The position numbers and the translations under genes were made by a program. Source: Laetmonice hystrix (taxonomy: Eukaryota). From it: a stretch of DNA of 64,000 bases. The first letter of the stretch is position 1. The number at the start of each line of letters is the position of its first letter. Under the pieces are notes generated by a model that was given only the letters and a program-made list of their open reading frames with translations, did no database searches and was not told where the DNA came from. Positions 13,422 to 50,800 of this stretch are shown here, one piece after another. Location of the stretch: contig OZ249436.1 in the NCBI GenBank assembly GCA_965235115.1, positions 21,578,001 through 21,642,000 of the forward strand, read 5' to 3'.

Positions 13422-13875
13422 CAAACCATAACCTTATGATAATTTAAAGTCCCAACTTCCTAGTATTAAATGAGGCTATTGTTCCCCAAACTCAATGTTA
13501 GTTGTTACACTCTCAGTTTGTCTTGGCCTTGGCAGGCTTGGGCTTGGCACTTCTTCACTGTATAATCTAGTAGTAGTACTAGTATAATCTTAATCTCTAG
13601 CCTGATCACTCCAACTTTATCAACAGTCTTGAAGGTACCTGCACCCACTATAACCTCAGCGGTCGATCACATCAGGCAATCTACATTGTATCCCTGTCAG
13701 CCTACATACATCACATGTTTGTCAGGAATGCTGAGCCAACTGGAGAAGTTCTTGAGTTGAGACGAGGTTGAGAGGTGAGGAGCGACGGACCACTGGCAGT
13801 TCTTGTCTGCAGTGTTAACTGTGTAAATAAGCCTCTACTTCTGGACAGGATCAATGTAAAAGTTTGCTTCTTAAT

Positions 13876-14060
13876 ACTTACGCGTCGTAGCCCGGACTGT
13901 CAACGCCTAGAAACCCACAAGCTAACTAGGTTAACGGACACACACTTGTTTGTCTAAATACGGGATGACGATGACAAATCTGGGTCATAGCGTCCTTGAC
14001 CTTCATGCCGAAATCTCATCATACTCACCAGGTGGCGCCAGTTATTTACAGAGATCAACC
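13876..14060 (-). promoter_or_regulatory. Probable promoter / non-coding first exon(s) of the annexin gene
   Basis: The ATG exon has an acceptor (tttcag) 1 nt before the ATG, so an upstream UTR exon is required. Consensus donors GTAAGT (13876-13881) and GTGAGT (14023-14028) lie in a locally CpG-richer patch. Confidence 0.4.
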
Positions 14061-14065
14061 TGCCA

Positions 14066-14274
14066 GGGGTGCGTTTCAATTTAGGCCTATACTATTAGGT
14101 AGGCCTACTACTAGTACTAGCCCAAAGATATCTTTGAAAACCTCGCTGGTGCCAGCCGGTGAGAGGTTTTTATTGAAACACTCGCTCTCCACCATCCAGA
14201 CTGCACTAGTCCAAAAGATATCTCTGGCAAAGATATCTTTGGCACAGATATCTTTTGATATTGAAACGCACCCC
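14066..14274. mobile_element. MITE (PIF/Harbinger-like ends), second copy at 47172-47312
   Basis: TIR GGGGTGCGTTTCAAT / ATTGAAACGCACCCC; the interior matches the inverted copy downstream of the cyclin F stop codon. Confidence 0.7.
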
Positions 14275-14520
14275 GGACTCCGAGGTAGACTTGGTAGAAT
14301 ACCGCGGTGGTAATTATTCCCACCGCCGCCGGGTGGTACTTTTATTCAGAAATTACAGATATCTTCAAATCATTTGAAGATATATTCAATTTATTTAAAG
14401 ATATCTTTAAATATTTAAAGATATCTTTAAATATTTAAAGATATCTTAAAATGATACCATGTCAACCATGTCAAATGATGACTAAAATTGATTATCTAAC
14501 ATTGATTGCCCCGCTTATAA

Positions 14521-14795
14521 AGGGGGGACCATTGGATACATGGGGGGCGATGGTTTAAAAAAAATCTGTCCACCAAACACAGGAAAAAGAATTAGTTTGT
14601 TCATCAAACTACATTAAAAAATAGTTTGTTCCATATGTAAATAATTAGATAGGCCTATAGTATAGTCGAAATGGAGAGAAAAAAAGTTTGATTAAAACAA
14701 TGCACCTATGCCTATAGCGGGGAAAAAGATAGCTTTAATTTCCATGAAGAAAAACCATAGCCCCCCCCCCCCCCCGTATAAAATGGTCCGCCTCT
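14521..14795. mobile_element. MITE
   Basis: Imperfect TIRs AGGGGGGACCATT..GGGGGGCGATGGTTT / AAACCATAGCCCC..AATGGTCCGCCTCT. Confidence 0.6.
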
Positions 14796-14917
14796 ATCTT
14801 GGTGCCAGGCTGCATTTGGTTTGTGGAAGGGACAAAATAATAATTCGGTGAGGGTAAACTGTGACTGGATTTAGGAAATTGACAGACCATTGGAGGGAGG
14901 AGGGTTTGGCCTATATC

Positions 14918-15842
14918 TACGGCGGCCCATAAGGGACATTTAATTTTATTTGAGTACTTATTGTATTTTTATCACTACATTTAATGTTATTTTAGTACTT
15001 ATTGTATTTTTTCACTTTCCACCGCGGAGAAAATGTTTTCTCCGAGGAAAAAAGTCTTTTCTCCGCGGAGTTATACTTTTCTCCGCGGAAATAAACTTTC
15101 CACCGCAGAAAAAAAGTATTTCATCCGAGGAGAAAAGTCTTATCTCCCAGGGAAAAACTTTTTTCCGTGGAATTATACTTTTCTCCGCGGAAAAAGTTTT
15201 TATCCGAGGAGAAAAGTTTTTTTTCCGAGGAGAAAACTTTTCTCCGCGGAGTTATACTTTTCTCCGCGGAAATAAACTTTCCACCGTGGAAAAAAATATT
15301 TCCTCCGAGGAGAAAAATCTTTTCTCCGAGGAGAAAACTTTTCTCCGCTGATTATACATTTTTCCGCGGAATTATACTTTTCTCCGCCGAATTATACGTT
15401 TCCCCGCCGAATTATACTTTTCTCCGAGAAATTAAACTTTCCACCGTGGAGAAAAGTCATGTGATCGAGAGCCTCGATATGCATGGATGCCTGTCCATGT
15501 GCGGCTGGTTGATACCACCGCGTAGGCCTCCTCAGCTCCTGCATCCACACCGGATATGAAGAGGAACGAAAGTAGGTCTCATCCATATCGAGGCTCTCGA
15601 TCACAAGACTTTTCTCCGCGGTGGAAAGTTTATTTCCGCGGAGAAAAATATAATTCCGCGGAGAAAAGTATAACTCTGCGGAGAAAAGTATAATTCAGCG
15701 GAGAAAACATTTTCTCCGCGGTGGAAAGTGAAAAAAAATACAAGTACTATAATAAAATTAAATGTAGCGATAAAAATACAATAAGTGCTAAAATAAAATT
15801 AAATGTCCCTTAAAAAATAGATGTCCCTTATGGGCCACCGTA
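14918..15842. mobile_element. Foldback-type DNA element with internal CCGCGGAGAAAA arrays
   Basis: Ends TACGGCGGCCCATAAGGGACAT / ATGTCCCTTATGGGCCACCGTA. Long inverted arms of ~20-bp subrepeats surround a ~110-bp unique core. The three overlapping ORFs at 14950-15559 are repeat artefacts. Confidence 0.85.
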
Positions 15843-16794
15843 TATACACTCTAAAAACAGATTGGTTAAAACAACCAGGATCCTGGTTAAAATCAACCAA
15901 TCTTCTGCATGGATATGTGTCCAATCGATCTCATGGTCAAAATAACCAATCCAATATCGTTACCCTATTAACTAAATGTGGATTGGTCGTTTGTTGACCA
16001 ATATGCACCGTCATCACAACCATTATTTTGGTTAATACCCAGGAGGCAAAACTCATGGATTTCCCGTGGAATACACGTGGATATGACCCGTGGAATACGC
16101 CTGTATGTAATTTAAAAGAGTAATCCACGTGGATATGTCCATTTTATAGACACCCTGTATAGGCTAGGTCTTTGAATGTTCACCGGCCAGAACTAGTGAA
16201 TATAAATTTGGCCTAGATCTATATCTATAGGCCTAGTAGGCCTATGCCTACAAAAAAGGCAGACGGCGCATTGTTTTCTATGAAGACCATTGTGCCTATC
16301 ATTGTGCCATTACGCGGTTTACTTTAATAAAAGAACTTCTGAACGATGCCGTCTCTCAATATTTGAGGTGTTTTACAAATAGGTAGGCTAACATAATATA
16401 AAATGGGAGTTTGTTGCAGATATTATAATCAACGCGGTAAAGGCAACAAAAATCGCTCCATGTAGCGGTCGGCGCCGCACGAGGTTATTGAATTTAGAAG
16501 GCAAAATCCCCCGCTGTTCGGCATCTATAGAGATCTAGAAGGTGTGAACCTTCTCAAAGCATTTAGGCCTAGCCTAAAAATTCTGTTAAATTTGCGGAAA
16601 ATGTAAAAATAAAAAAATTCCCGTAAAAATAACGAGGTCCGTAATAACTGTCAACACACCATCTGTAAAAATTAGAGTTTTTCCGTAATTCAAATGGTGT
16701 ACCGTAATTAAAGAAAGGGCGGTAACCCCGTAATTGAACAAACGGTAAAGACCGCAAAATGTTGTAGGGGTAGGCATGTATATTTTAGAGCCAT

Positions 16795-17370
16795 GCAGTC
16801 TAAACAGACTGGTCGGCAAGGAGCGTGTTTTGTGATGGTATGGGGTTGCACATGGAGTCGGTGAATTTTTTGTTGTGGAAGGCAACATGAACCAACAGAT
16901 TTGATCGATATTCTGGAGCAGAACTTAAATGCCTTTTATATAGGCCAACTTCAACAAGACAACTCCACTGTACACAAATGACAAAGGTGGAGGAGTGCTT
17001 CGATATATGCCAATAGAATCCAGGTCGTGCAGTGGCCAGCCAAGTCTCCAGGTCTCAGCCCCACAGAAAATTAGGCATATGTCTGGGGGGACTAAAACAA
17101 GTGAACATTTATATACCGACCAACTAACAAAAAGGAGTTTATACAACGCTTCTTTCATGCTTGAGGAAATATGCAGATGTTATACAGTCACTGTACAGTT
17201 GGAACATGCCCATCAGTGGCGGATTTTTTTTCTCCTTTAAAGGTTCACACAAAATATACACACACACCCAGCTCCAACCCCTTGGCATCCCCCCGGTAGA
17301 TCCGCGCCTGCCCAGACGTGTCAGAGGTTGTAGCCTAAAGCGGTTGTAAATTCTCATTGTACCATAAAAT
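16795..17370 (+). pseudogene. Decayed Tc1-family DD34E transposase
   Basis: Frameshifted segments FVMVWGC, GVGEFFVVEGNMNQQ, IDILEQNL, LQQDNSTVH, IQVVQWPAKSPGLSPTEN (WPSxSPDLNPIE motif) and a C-terminal MP/PRRV. Interrupted by a MITE at 17214-17310. Confidence 0.85.
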
Positions 17371-17449
17371 TTAAAGTTGTGTCGTTAGCTTCTCTGTCAT
17401 GGATTACAAATAAACACAAGTATCAAAAGAACACAGTAAGACGCAAATG

Positions 17450-18345
17450 TCTTTTTCTTTTTCTTTTTTTTTTTTGATCATCTTTAAACAGGATTACCTA
17501 CTCGGCCAAGAGCCGTCGTGAAAGCGGGGTCCTGTGATGACGTCATCAGACATTATGTACAACATGTTTCATATAATACACGACAAGATAGAATGTCAAA
17601 AGTGAATAGATCTAGAATCCAGGGATTAAAATAAGCGTATTGAGATCACAAAAAACTATCAATACATCACACAATATATCACATACTTTACACAATTAAG
17701 TTCACAGAGTGCCACAGTATCACAGTTACTTCTCTTGGTCGATTCACGGCCTCTCTATGTTATTGTTTGATAGAAACATTTTTATGTAATAAGCTTTGAT
17801 TTGGTTTTTGAAGCAGTCATATTGATTAATGTTTCTTATGTGGGACGGGAGGCTATTCCATAACATCGGTTTGCTATAACAGTTAGACTTTTTAAATAAT
17901 TTAGATTTGGGTAATGGGACATGGAGGGAGATAGCATCGTGGGTTCTAGTTCGGATGTCTCTGTTGTCCGTTTGTACCTGTCTTTCTATTATCTTGTTAA
18001 AGGTAGTTTTCTGAAGCATCATTAGTCTTCGATATTTACAAGGGAGGATTTTTGCTTCTATATGGAGATCAACGGTGCTGTATAAGATGCTCTTATCTAG
18101 GGCGATTTTCAACCATCTGTTCTGGATCACTTGTAACCTGTGTTGATCAGCTTCACTACATGTTCCATTAAAGATACTCCCGTGCTCGATGTACGGAAGG
18201 ATCATTGACTTGAATACTGTTAGAGCGGTATATGGGTATTGATGAACTGTCTTAGTTTTGACATGTAAACTTGTTCCCTGCATTTTTTATACTTTTTTTG
18301 AATATGTGCATTAAATTGAAGCTTGCTATCCATAACTATGCCATT
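17450..18345 (-). mobile_element. 5'-truncated LINE (CR1/L2-group) remnant: ORF2 C-terminus, 3' UTR and poly(A)
   Basis: ORF 17744-18283 (VFKSMILPYIEHGS..LQVIQNRWLKIAL..RTR..LWNSLPSHIR..FKNQIK) is typical of the post-RT C-terminus. A 3' stem-loop and A-rich tail lie at 17450-17535. Confidence 0.85.
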
Positions 18346-18557
18346 CATAACATTTTGGAATGGTGAACTCAGGTTATCGGACTAAACCTTTTTCCAGTAG
18401 GCCATGTGTATGCGGTATTCTGGAAATGTTGGCCTCGCAATATGCAGGACCACCGGTGTAAACGTTCTAAATTTCAAGAGTATTTCAATCGTATTTTGTC
18501 AGTTTTTGTGGAGTATTTAAATTTCCGATTGTTTTTGCTTGATTTATGACTAGGTAG

Positions 18558-18938
18558 TACGGAGCCCTGTTGGGGACATGAAGAGAAAGAATTTTGTGGT
18601 GATCGAAATTACCACTTAGTGACGTCACTAACTCGTTATTCCGACTTAATGACGCCACTAAGCCGTTATTACGAGTTAATCGCGTTCGTTCCAGAGAAAA
18701 ATTTCTGTGGTGATCTCAAAATTACTACTTAGTGACGTCATTAACTCGTTATTACGACTTAATGACGTCACTAATTCGTTATTACGAATTAATCGCGTTC
18801 AGAGAAAAAAATTGTGTTGATCTCGAAATTACCACTTAGTGACGTTATTAACTCGTTATTACGACTTAATGACGTCACTAAGTGGTAATTTCGAGATCAC
18901 AATTTTTTTTCTCTTTATGCCCTCAACAGGGGTCCGTA
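18558..18938. mobile_element. TA-flanked foldback MITE with internal TGACGTCA subrepeats
   Basis: Ends TACGGAGCCCTGTTGGGGACAT / ATGCCCTCAACAGGGGTCCGTA; three ~110-bp internal units built from CTCGTTATTACGACTTAATGACGTCA. Confidence 0.85.
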
Positions 18939-20706
18939 AATTCCTTCACTGAATTGTGAAAAACTGATATTTTCACCATTTTTATAGAGACATCTTGTTA
19001 ACTAAAGGCCTTACAAAGGTCTGTTACGGGCTTAAACCCTACAGAAGAATATGGCTGAACTAACTATTTTGTTAGTTGAAACCCGGACGTACGGCATGTT
19101 TTATTAAACAATCGGAAAGTACAATTGAACAGTCGCGTGCTCTAACATAAAATAAGAAATTATAGCTATCATTGTCTCTAATGTCTCATTGGGGTAATGA
19201 CGAGTGCGGCGATGCCTGAAGCTGCCTCCCGCAAGGCATGCTGGGTGTCTCTGCCCGCCAGTCACTCTCAGCGCCATCGTCCATTTCCACACAACTGCTG
19301 GACACTCAAACACGTTCCTCTGTACATTACCATACCTCAGTTCTTACCCTCCCACCCACACTTGTTTTTTAAACACAGAACACTGTGAAGCACAATCCTC
19401 CCTTTCTCACTTTAACACTTTCACCTCTCCTCGTACTTTTAATGAGGTCATATCCTCTGTTTCTGTAAAATTTCTGTGAAATGTAATAAATATGTGCAAA
19501 CCGGTTCGGGCATTGAGTCACTCATTATGACGTTATTATGTTTCATAATAAATTGAATGTTTCAATGCGGGTACATTGGGACTAGATTCAACGGTTTACT
19601 ATACCCCTGGGCCTGGGGGTATATTCAACCTAGGCTGAATATACCCCCGCTATGTTGGACCAAGGTTAACTATACCGGGGGGGGGGGCGGTACACTGGAG
19701 GGGGGGGGGTATATGTTAGACTTGGTACACCTCGTGACCGGTACATACAATCTCACACAAAACGTCATTTGTAAAACGTTTTATTCAGACATTGTTAAGT
19801 ACGTTCCTAAAACTTTTTTCTTTTGCAAGCCGAAAAAGCATGCAACCTTGTATTTACATCTGGAGCCCCTGCACCCTGCTATTCCTTCTCTGGTTACCAT
19901 GGTTATAACTAATCATGCATTATTTTTTATAAGAGTTTATAAGAGAAACAAACGCAGGTACTGGCAGGCAGAGGCCATCTTACCAGATAAAAAAAAGTCG
20001 TTGATAGTGGCGGTCACCTTGGATAAAAAGAAGTAGGCCTATTATTATTGTCTTATATACCACGAATTTCAAACTACACATTGTACCTGCTCCACACAGT
20101 GCGTGAAAACTGATTGGTCAACCCATAAATCTCTAAGGTGAAAGGTCAAGTAAGTAAAATTCAGACATGCATATAAAGATTATGTAAATATTAAATTGGG
20201 TTAAATAGTATAACTGGAACTGGATTTTCGTTACCGCCTCATTCAAATGACAAGGCCTCTCAGTGCACGATCAATATGAGTGCATGAGCTCATGTTGGTT
20301 TTAACACAGGGGTACAGTTTCTTTCAACAATTCAACAGGTACAGAATATATCAACAATTGGCTAAAGTAACAACTCGCCAAAAATTAATAGCCTAATAAT
20401 AGGTAAAACAATGTTTAAAGACACATGTTACAGATTATGTACCGGTAACAACGGAAAAATTGATATAACCGGGTATAAAAGGTTCATTGTCTACATTTGC
20501 GCGTATTAAAAGAGAATCGCTATAAAATATAATACCACAGTTCTAATAATCAAATCCCTAAAACGGGAATATACGCTCGGGTATGGAACTTTCTACAAAG
20601 TTAAGATTAACTCTAGATTGCCCCATCGATCTTTCGTGACGGCAAGACATAAAATGGCTGCAAAAGATACACTCCACCAGTTTGTTTGCGTGAAAGTATA
20701 ATCTTA

Positions 20707-44444
<23,738 letters not shown>

Positions 44445-44720
44445 CTCAATCTCACTGACCGACACAATGAGGCACCGGCCTTTTGAAGGTCAATCGAGCG
44501 AGTGAAGCATTTTCAACCAATCAGCGATCATCTGCGCTGTAAGCTCCTCCTCAAACAACGTCACATGACCTTTTATGTTGATAAATATTGAAGACAGGCA
44601 TGGACCACGTGCCCGGAGCGCGAATTATGTCACAGGCCCCCTTACTGGGCTTATAGTTACAAAGACTGAAAAACTTCTCGGACAAATAGAGAAATGGCGG
44701 CCGGCAAAATCCGTGTGGTG
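44445..44720 (-). promoter_or_regulatory. Probable ETNPPL 5' UTR / promoter
   Basis: CpG-rich region upstream of the ATG: CCAAT box AACCAATCAG (44515-44524), E-box GTCACATGAC (44560-44569), CACGTG (44606-44611) and YY1-like AAATGGCGG (44692-44700). Confidence 0.5.
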
Positions 44721-45112
44721 ATAGCGACAATAATAGCATCGCGGCACCATGGCATATGTTCACTTTGGCTTTGCTGCACTAAGCTCGGTCACTCTGCACT
44801 GCAGTATGCTGCCCCAACCTCTGCTACTGCTGCCGGGCTTACGTAATTTGACTTGGCTGGGACTGATTGCTGGGCGCCATTTCTAGTCACAGAGACACAC
44901 CTCCGGCGCAGTTACTTCCTAGCGCAGTGACCCGGTTTGTTAAAGGAGGTTTTCTGGACCTGAAGCTTGATTTAGATTTATACCGTGGCACTGTACATAT
45001 TCTATACACATGACTTCCTCTGCAATACGTATCTGTAATCTGTCTGCTGGCAGGGAGCAACAAAAATAAAAACATCAATCACCCTGTACACAGTCTGCTG
45101 ATACGTCTAATA

Positions 45113-45505
45113 CAGAGGCGTAGGAAGCACTTTAAAAGTGGGGGGGCCAACAGGGCCATGGGCAGGACTTTTCGAGGGGGATTACAGTTTGGCGGGGGGA
45201 CTGGGCGAGCGCCGAAGGCGCGAAGCCATGCTAGGGGGTCCGGGGCATGCCCCCCCCGAAAAATTTTGAAATTTATAGTGTAATTTGGTGACATTTGGTG
45301 CATCTTAGACTTAGAGCACAAAATAAGGTCTGAAATATGAGAAAATACCCTCCCCTCCATAGACTTCCATACACTTCCAATGCCAAAAGTCAAGGGGAGG
45401 AAAAAAGTGGGGGGGGGGGCCAAAAGATACTCTGGCCCCCCTCATTTCAAAGTGGGGGGGGGGGGGCCATGGCCCCCTTGGCCCCCCCCTTTTCCTACGC
45501 CCCTG
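45113..45505. mobile_element. GC-rich MITE, 5-bp TSD
   Basis: TAATA|CAGAGGCGTAGGAA ... TTCCTACGCCCCTG|TAATA. Confidence 0.8.
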
Positions 45506-46264
45506 TAATAGGTTTTAGAAGGCTGTCAACCAATATTACAAAGGGGTCGTCAGGTACAATAACTCGATGAAAACGTTTCTAATGAACCTTTCAGTTCAAC
45601 TTTAATGAACACAGTAATGTTTAACATTGAGATAAAGGTCTCCCTTCTTTATTACAGACACAGGCTGCAGAGGCTCAGTGGTCTAAGGCTCTGGAAAGTG
45701 ACCGCAAGACCTCTTACCTCTGGGTTAGAATCTTTGCAGGCAACCCATCAACAATTATTGTTATTATTACGACTTGTCAAGTCTCTATACTTAGTGGTAC
45801 TTCTCTGCTTCTCAATCATTCACATTAAACATCAGGATGTAAATGACCTGGTCCAGTCCAACATTATGGAAACACGCTGGCCTTTTGACGCAGAACAAAT
45901 GGCATGTTACAGATCGATAGTGCAATTGCAGAGTTTTCACTTACAAATTTTTTCAGTTCTAATTAAGTTACTTGTTCTGGAAGTTCTTCTGAAACCTTAC
46001 TGGTGGTTCCAATCTATAATGCACAAGGTTTTTACCTATTGAAAGACAGTGTCATAGCTCTGTCAATAAAATAAAGGTAAGAATTACAAGAAAAAGCAAT
46101 GACTTCTTGAAAATACAGGAAGAAATATTGTATCCAATGAAACTACCAGGTAATCAACTGTTAACTTGGCAATATATTACCGTAATACTATAATTAATAC
46201 ACTATTCATAGCATGCTGGATTTTCCGTAACAATGTAATATAACACCTACCGGTAAATAAATAC

Positions 46265-46375
46265 TAGTGCTGGGACGATTTATCGATACATTCGTGAATT
46301 TTTCAGTGAGCGATGCGATTTAGTACGGTTCAAAAGCTGTCGATATGATGAACACAGTATATCGTCCCAGCCCTA
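46265..46375. mobile_element. hAT-like MITE
   Basis: TAGTGCTGGGACGAT / ATCGTCCCAGCCCTA; degenerate 8-bp flanks ATAAATAC/GTACATAC. Confidence 0.65.
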
Positions 46376-47171
46376 GTACATACCATGGCTAATTGTCATT
46401 GATCCTTTCATTGAACTTGTCCACAATAAGTGAAACAGTAAGAAATACAAAATTAGTGAGGTTTCTTCCAGTTACGTGTACATATTTTAAATCAATTGTA
46501 GCCAAGCACCCACTCAGAGCAGACGAAAATGTCAATATTACCCCACATAAATACGTCAGAATACGAACAGGATGCTGATGTTTCAGCCTCTCTGCCAACA
46601 TTGCACATGAACCGTGAAAGATGGCCCCTTTGTTAATAGTCACCAACAAAACTACCACTTTTAAACCAAGATAGAGGGACAGCTAAAGTATACTGACAGT
46701 CAATGAAAACGCCCCACAGTGACCTGGATGTATGTTTCCAAACCAATCATAAGGAATAGTCTGATGTAAAATGAATCAGAATGAAGAATGAATGAATAAG
46801 AAGTAAAAGAACAATCAAAAGTTATGCTTCTCTGAAACGTCCACGGAAAACAATGGTTGAGTGTGAACACCCCAGTTGCTATGCCACTTGCCTTAAACTC
46901 ACCACCAACGTTCCTTTGATCACGCGATAAACATGGCATTTTGCAGCCACTTTGGAACACTGTTTTCTCTTTGGCCAATATGTGTCCCCTTTTAGTCCTT
47001 TTTTACTTTCTGGTCTATTGGTTTCATATCAAGTGACTCTGTAGTCACTGGTATCTGGTTAGGTCTGTCCCCCACAACAACTCATTGTGGCAAAGAGGAC
47101 AGTGGACACTTTGTTTAAAGTACCAATTTTCAGTTTGTAGATTCCGAAGGGAAAACAAGATCAGGAAGCCT

Positions 47172-47312
47172 GGAGTGCGTTTCAATATCAAAAGATATCT
47201 TTTGGACTAGTACAGTCTGGATGGGGAGAGAGCGAGTGCTTCAATAAAAACCTCGCACCTGGCTCCAGCGAGGTTTTCAAATGTATCTTTGGGCTTTATT
47301 GAAATGTACCCC
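47172..47312. mobile_element. MITE, inverted sister copy of 14066-14274
   Basis: GTGCGTTTCAATATCAAAAGATATCT...GACTAGT.CAGTCTGGATGG...AGCGAGGTTTTCAAA is the reverse complement of the 14066 element. Confidence 0.75.
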
Positions 47313-47822
47313 ATCTACCCCAGTATTTGCATCCAACATATCATTTTACAGAATTACCACATTTTTGGCAGCCTGTAGTTGACAAAGATACACCTAGAAA
47401 ATGCTTATGCAATTCATAAGATTTTTCATTCATCCTTGGAAAATCTGTACTATTTCGTTCTTGACAACTTTTTGTAGTTAACATTCTCTACTCTCTCAAG
47501 TGACTTCATACATCTTCAGTACAACATGGTAATATGGAATTTTTAACTTTTTGCTCATTCAACCATTCTTGCACCAATCATATATACAAACGCTTCAAAG
47601 GACTACATGATAACCCAAAATGGCTTGCAGAACTTTGCAAGCCAAACACATAGCCATTCCAGAAATCGTCCTGGCTTGAGCCAGGTAAGATAAAATCACC
47701 TGTTTCTTATCTTACACTTACTGATGTATGGCACGTTGACTTTGGCCTCGGAGGGGATGATCTGCTGAGTTCCTCCTTAAATATGGCCACATCATGACTT
47801 GTATAATAAACATCCTTGTCGA

Positions 47823-50800
47823 TCACTTTGAAACCACATGTGTTTTGTTCTCATTTCCTAGCTGCACCGAGTTTCTCCGCTTTCTGGTTTCTTTACCGCC
47901 TTGAGCTCTTTGCTGCCGGTTAAGTACAGAATTACTGATAGGTTTCAAGGCTCGACTTGCATTACTTGTGCTGGATGCCAAACCAGGATTTGTTAACTCT
48001 GTAGCTTTGTTAACGGAAGGAGACTCCAGATTCTGTGTGGGCACTTCAATCCCACTGTCCAGGCTGACAGACTCCATCTTACTGACACATACAGAGTCTG
48101 GATCCGGCTGGATAGTAAAGCTCCTGGAATCAGCTCCAAAGGTAAACGGTGAGTAGTGGACATTTTGACCACTGGTAATGGGTGAGATCTGTTGTCCCAG
48201 AGATACACTTCGTGAGTTGTGACATGTCACAAGAGGACTACTGGTTAAACTGCCGAAGACAGGAATGTTAATACAGATGCTGGTGCCTTTAGTTGGACGC
48301 AGTGATTGCCGTACACTGTATGGTGCTGGGCTAGAGGAAAAACTTGAGTCTGATCCATACATTCCGCTGGACGAACAATGGCATGCTGACGGCATTGGAA
48401 CGCTGTCTTGTTCAATATCGGATTCTTCATCTAAAAATAAAAGTAAAAAGATATGCAAGAATGGACAGTTTTCACTTTGACCTGTCTGTGACCTAATATA
48501 AGATGTAACTTTATACATTGTGTCTGAATGAATTTAGAAGCTAACAAATCAATGACCATTTGGTAGATATTCTGTTAATGTTTAAAGATTTGTTGCAACA
48601 CTGTAGACTCACGATAAAATGATCGTCCAATCTAATTTCATATAAAGATCATGCATTGTCTTCATATAGCTGCTCACCATATTCAATCAGCCCAAAAGAC
48701 TCAGACTCGTCCTCCTGGTCACCATCGTATCCAGAGAATACCGACGTATTGAATGACAAATCAAAGCTGCTCTCCATGGCATCCAAGGTTGGTGTCGCTG
48801 CTTTCTCTCTTTCTGCCGTCATCTCACATTGCCTAGACATTACCATCAATACACTTCAGTATATAAGAAACAACAAAACATTTTCCTAATGGACAAGCTT
48901 GTTGAATTTACAGCTATTGATCAAGGCAATGGAGTTAAGTTTCTGTGTAATTAAAATAATAATGAAGAATTCCATTTGATATAGTCATTTTACCCACCTC
49001 TGTGCTTGACCACTTTTGTTTCTAGAGGGCGACATAATCAGGGCGGGGGTTGTCTTCATCAACAGCTTGACATCGCCAGAGGGTGCTACTGCTTCTTGGA
49101 TACCTAACAGCTCGGCTATGTCTGCTGCACTTGGCATCTAAAGGGCATAAAATTATGGAACTGTGTCAACTCTGCTCAGCTACCAGCACTTTTTCCTTAT
49201 CAAAATGTACTAGGACAACATTTTTCATTCAACCTTATACCGATGATAATTTTCTACCAATATACTTTCAGTGGCCCTCAAAATACATAAAGGATCACAC
49301 AATAATGCACATTTGGGCAATAAGCTTCTCTAACTAGTGCCAATTTCTCCAATTACAGCAAACTGGTTAATGGCATTGCTGCCCTGCAAAGACTGAAAAT
49401 ATACATCTAATCATCAATTCAAAACTTGTTTTTCTCACTTACTTTTATGTTGCTCACTTGACAAAAGCAATCTTCAGCATACCGCTGTTTGACTGCCTGA
49501 AGTATAACGGCACGATGGTCTACCATAGCCCCTTGTAGGAAACTGAAACAGGCAAGTATACCGGTACATGAAAGACTGATTGGACCCCATGGTCAGGGAA
49601 TTTCTTTTCTAGAATTGTGTAGGGACCCCTGGTGGTTAGTGGGGGAACTACCCTGTAGTTGGCTCTGTGGGCTGGTAGGATAGTGTCTGGATAGGTGGTC
49701 GCAGCCCCAACTTTGAGATGGGACCGGGGGTAAAAATGTGGCCATCTATACATATGTGTTTCAGTAACTATGATTAATCTAAAGAAAGGACAAATTAAAC
49801 CTTAGTTAACTGTAATAGTATGGAAGCAGTCAGAAGGAAACATTGATGTGCTTACCATTTGTTCAGCAGGTGCAACGTACATTTTGAAAGCCCACCTACA
49901 TCAAATCCAGTAAATTCCAGCATATGACTTGGCCAGGGGAATTCTGCAAAAGAAAAAAAATATAATGTCTAAATTCACCATAAACTATGCATCAAAGGGA
50001 TGTCCTCTCAAATGGGCATCCAAAGTATAAATACACAGTAAATACAAAATGTATTGTATTACAAGCTGCAAGGTTAGACAGTAAATTACGATGAGTAATA
50101 TAATCTGTCAGTTGGACTTATGAGTCAAAGTTTTCATGTAGGTATATAGGACAATTGGATCAACTTCTGGATTGTAGTAATTGAATAAAACTCTTCAGAA
50201 ACAAGCAAAAGTGGCCCACCTTTTTTTTGAGTTAGTCGTGCTAGAAGTATGGCACTGGCAGACACCTGCGCCTGGGGATAGCTGCCAAACACACTTTGTA
50301 GAAGTGAGAGCTCACAAATATATTCAGCCAGGCACTGGGTTTTTCTGTCATTCGACACCATCAGGCCCAACAATTCAATGTAATCCAATGTGCAACAGAC
50401 CTGAAAAAGTACAAAATATCGAGTTATAAATAAAAGCTGTATTATTACTAGTGCTACAGAACAAGACAGTGCAGTTTAATTAAATGCAAATGTATGAGAA
50501 CATGCACATTTCTCTAGCAGCTTTTTTTTGGTAAGGAGGATTAAGTCAAAATTTGAAGGCTGGCCAGAGATCCTGTGTAGAATATATATTATTATTAAAA
50601 AATAAAAGTTTGATTTATGTTAATTTGATGTCTACCTTTTTTTAGACTAGCATATAAGGCTATTTATTGTGGCAAGTTGCTGAAAAAGGAAATGCATACC
50701 CTAATATTTCCTCTGAGGGTAGCAATGATTTCTCCCATCATTCGGACCACGTCTTCATACTTGTAAGTATTGTCAGTTAGCCATGCAGCTTCACGGATCG

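Noticed and set aside
14950..15559. Three overlapping FLRG/FSPR/SAE ORFs
   Set aside because: They arise from the subrepeat arms of a foldback element.
18600..18900. Repeat-spacer-like array
   Set aside because: The apparent spacers are themselves repeated and enclosed by TIRs, so this is a MITE.
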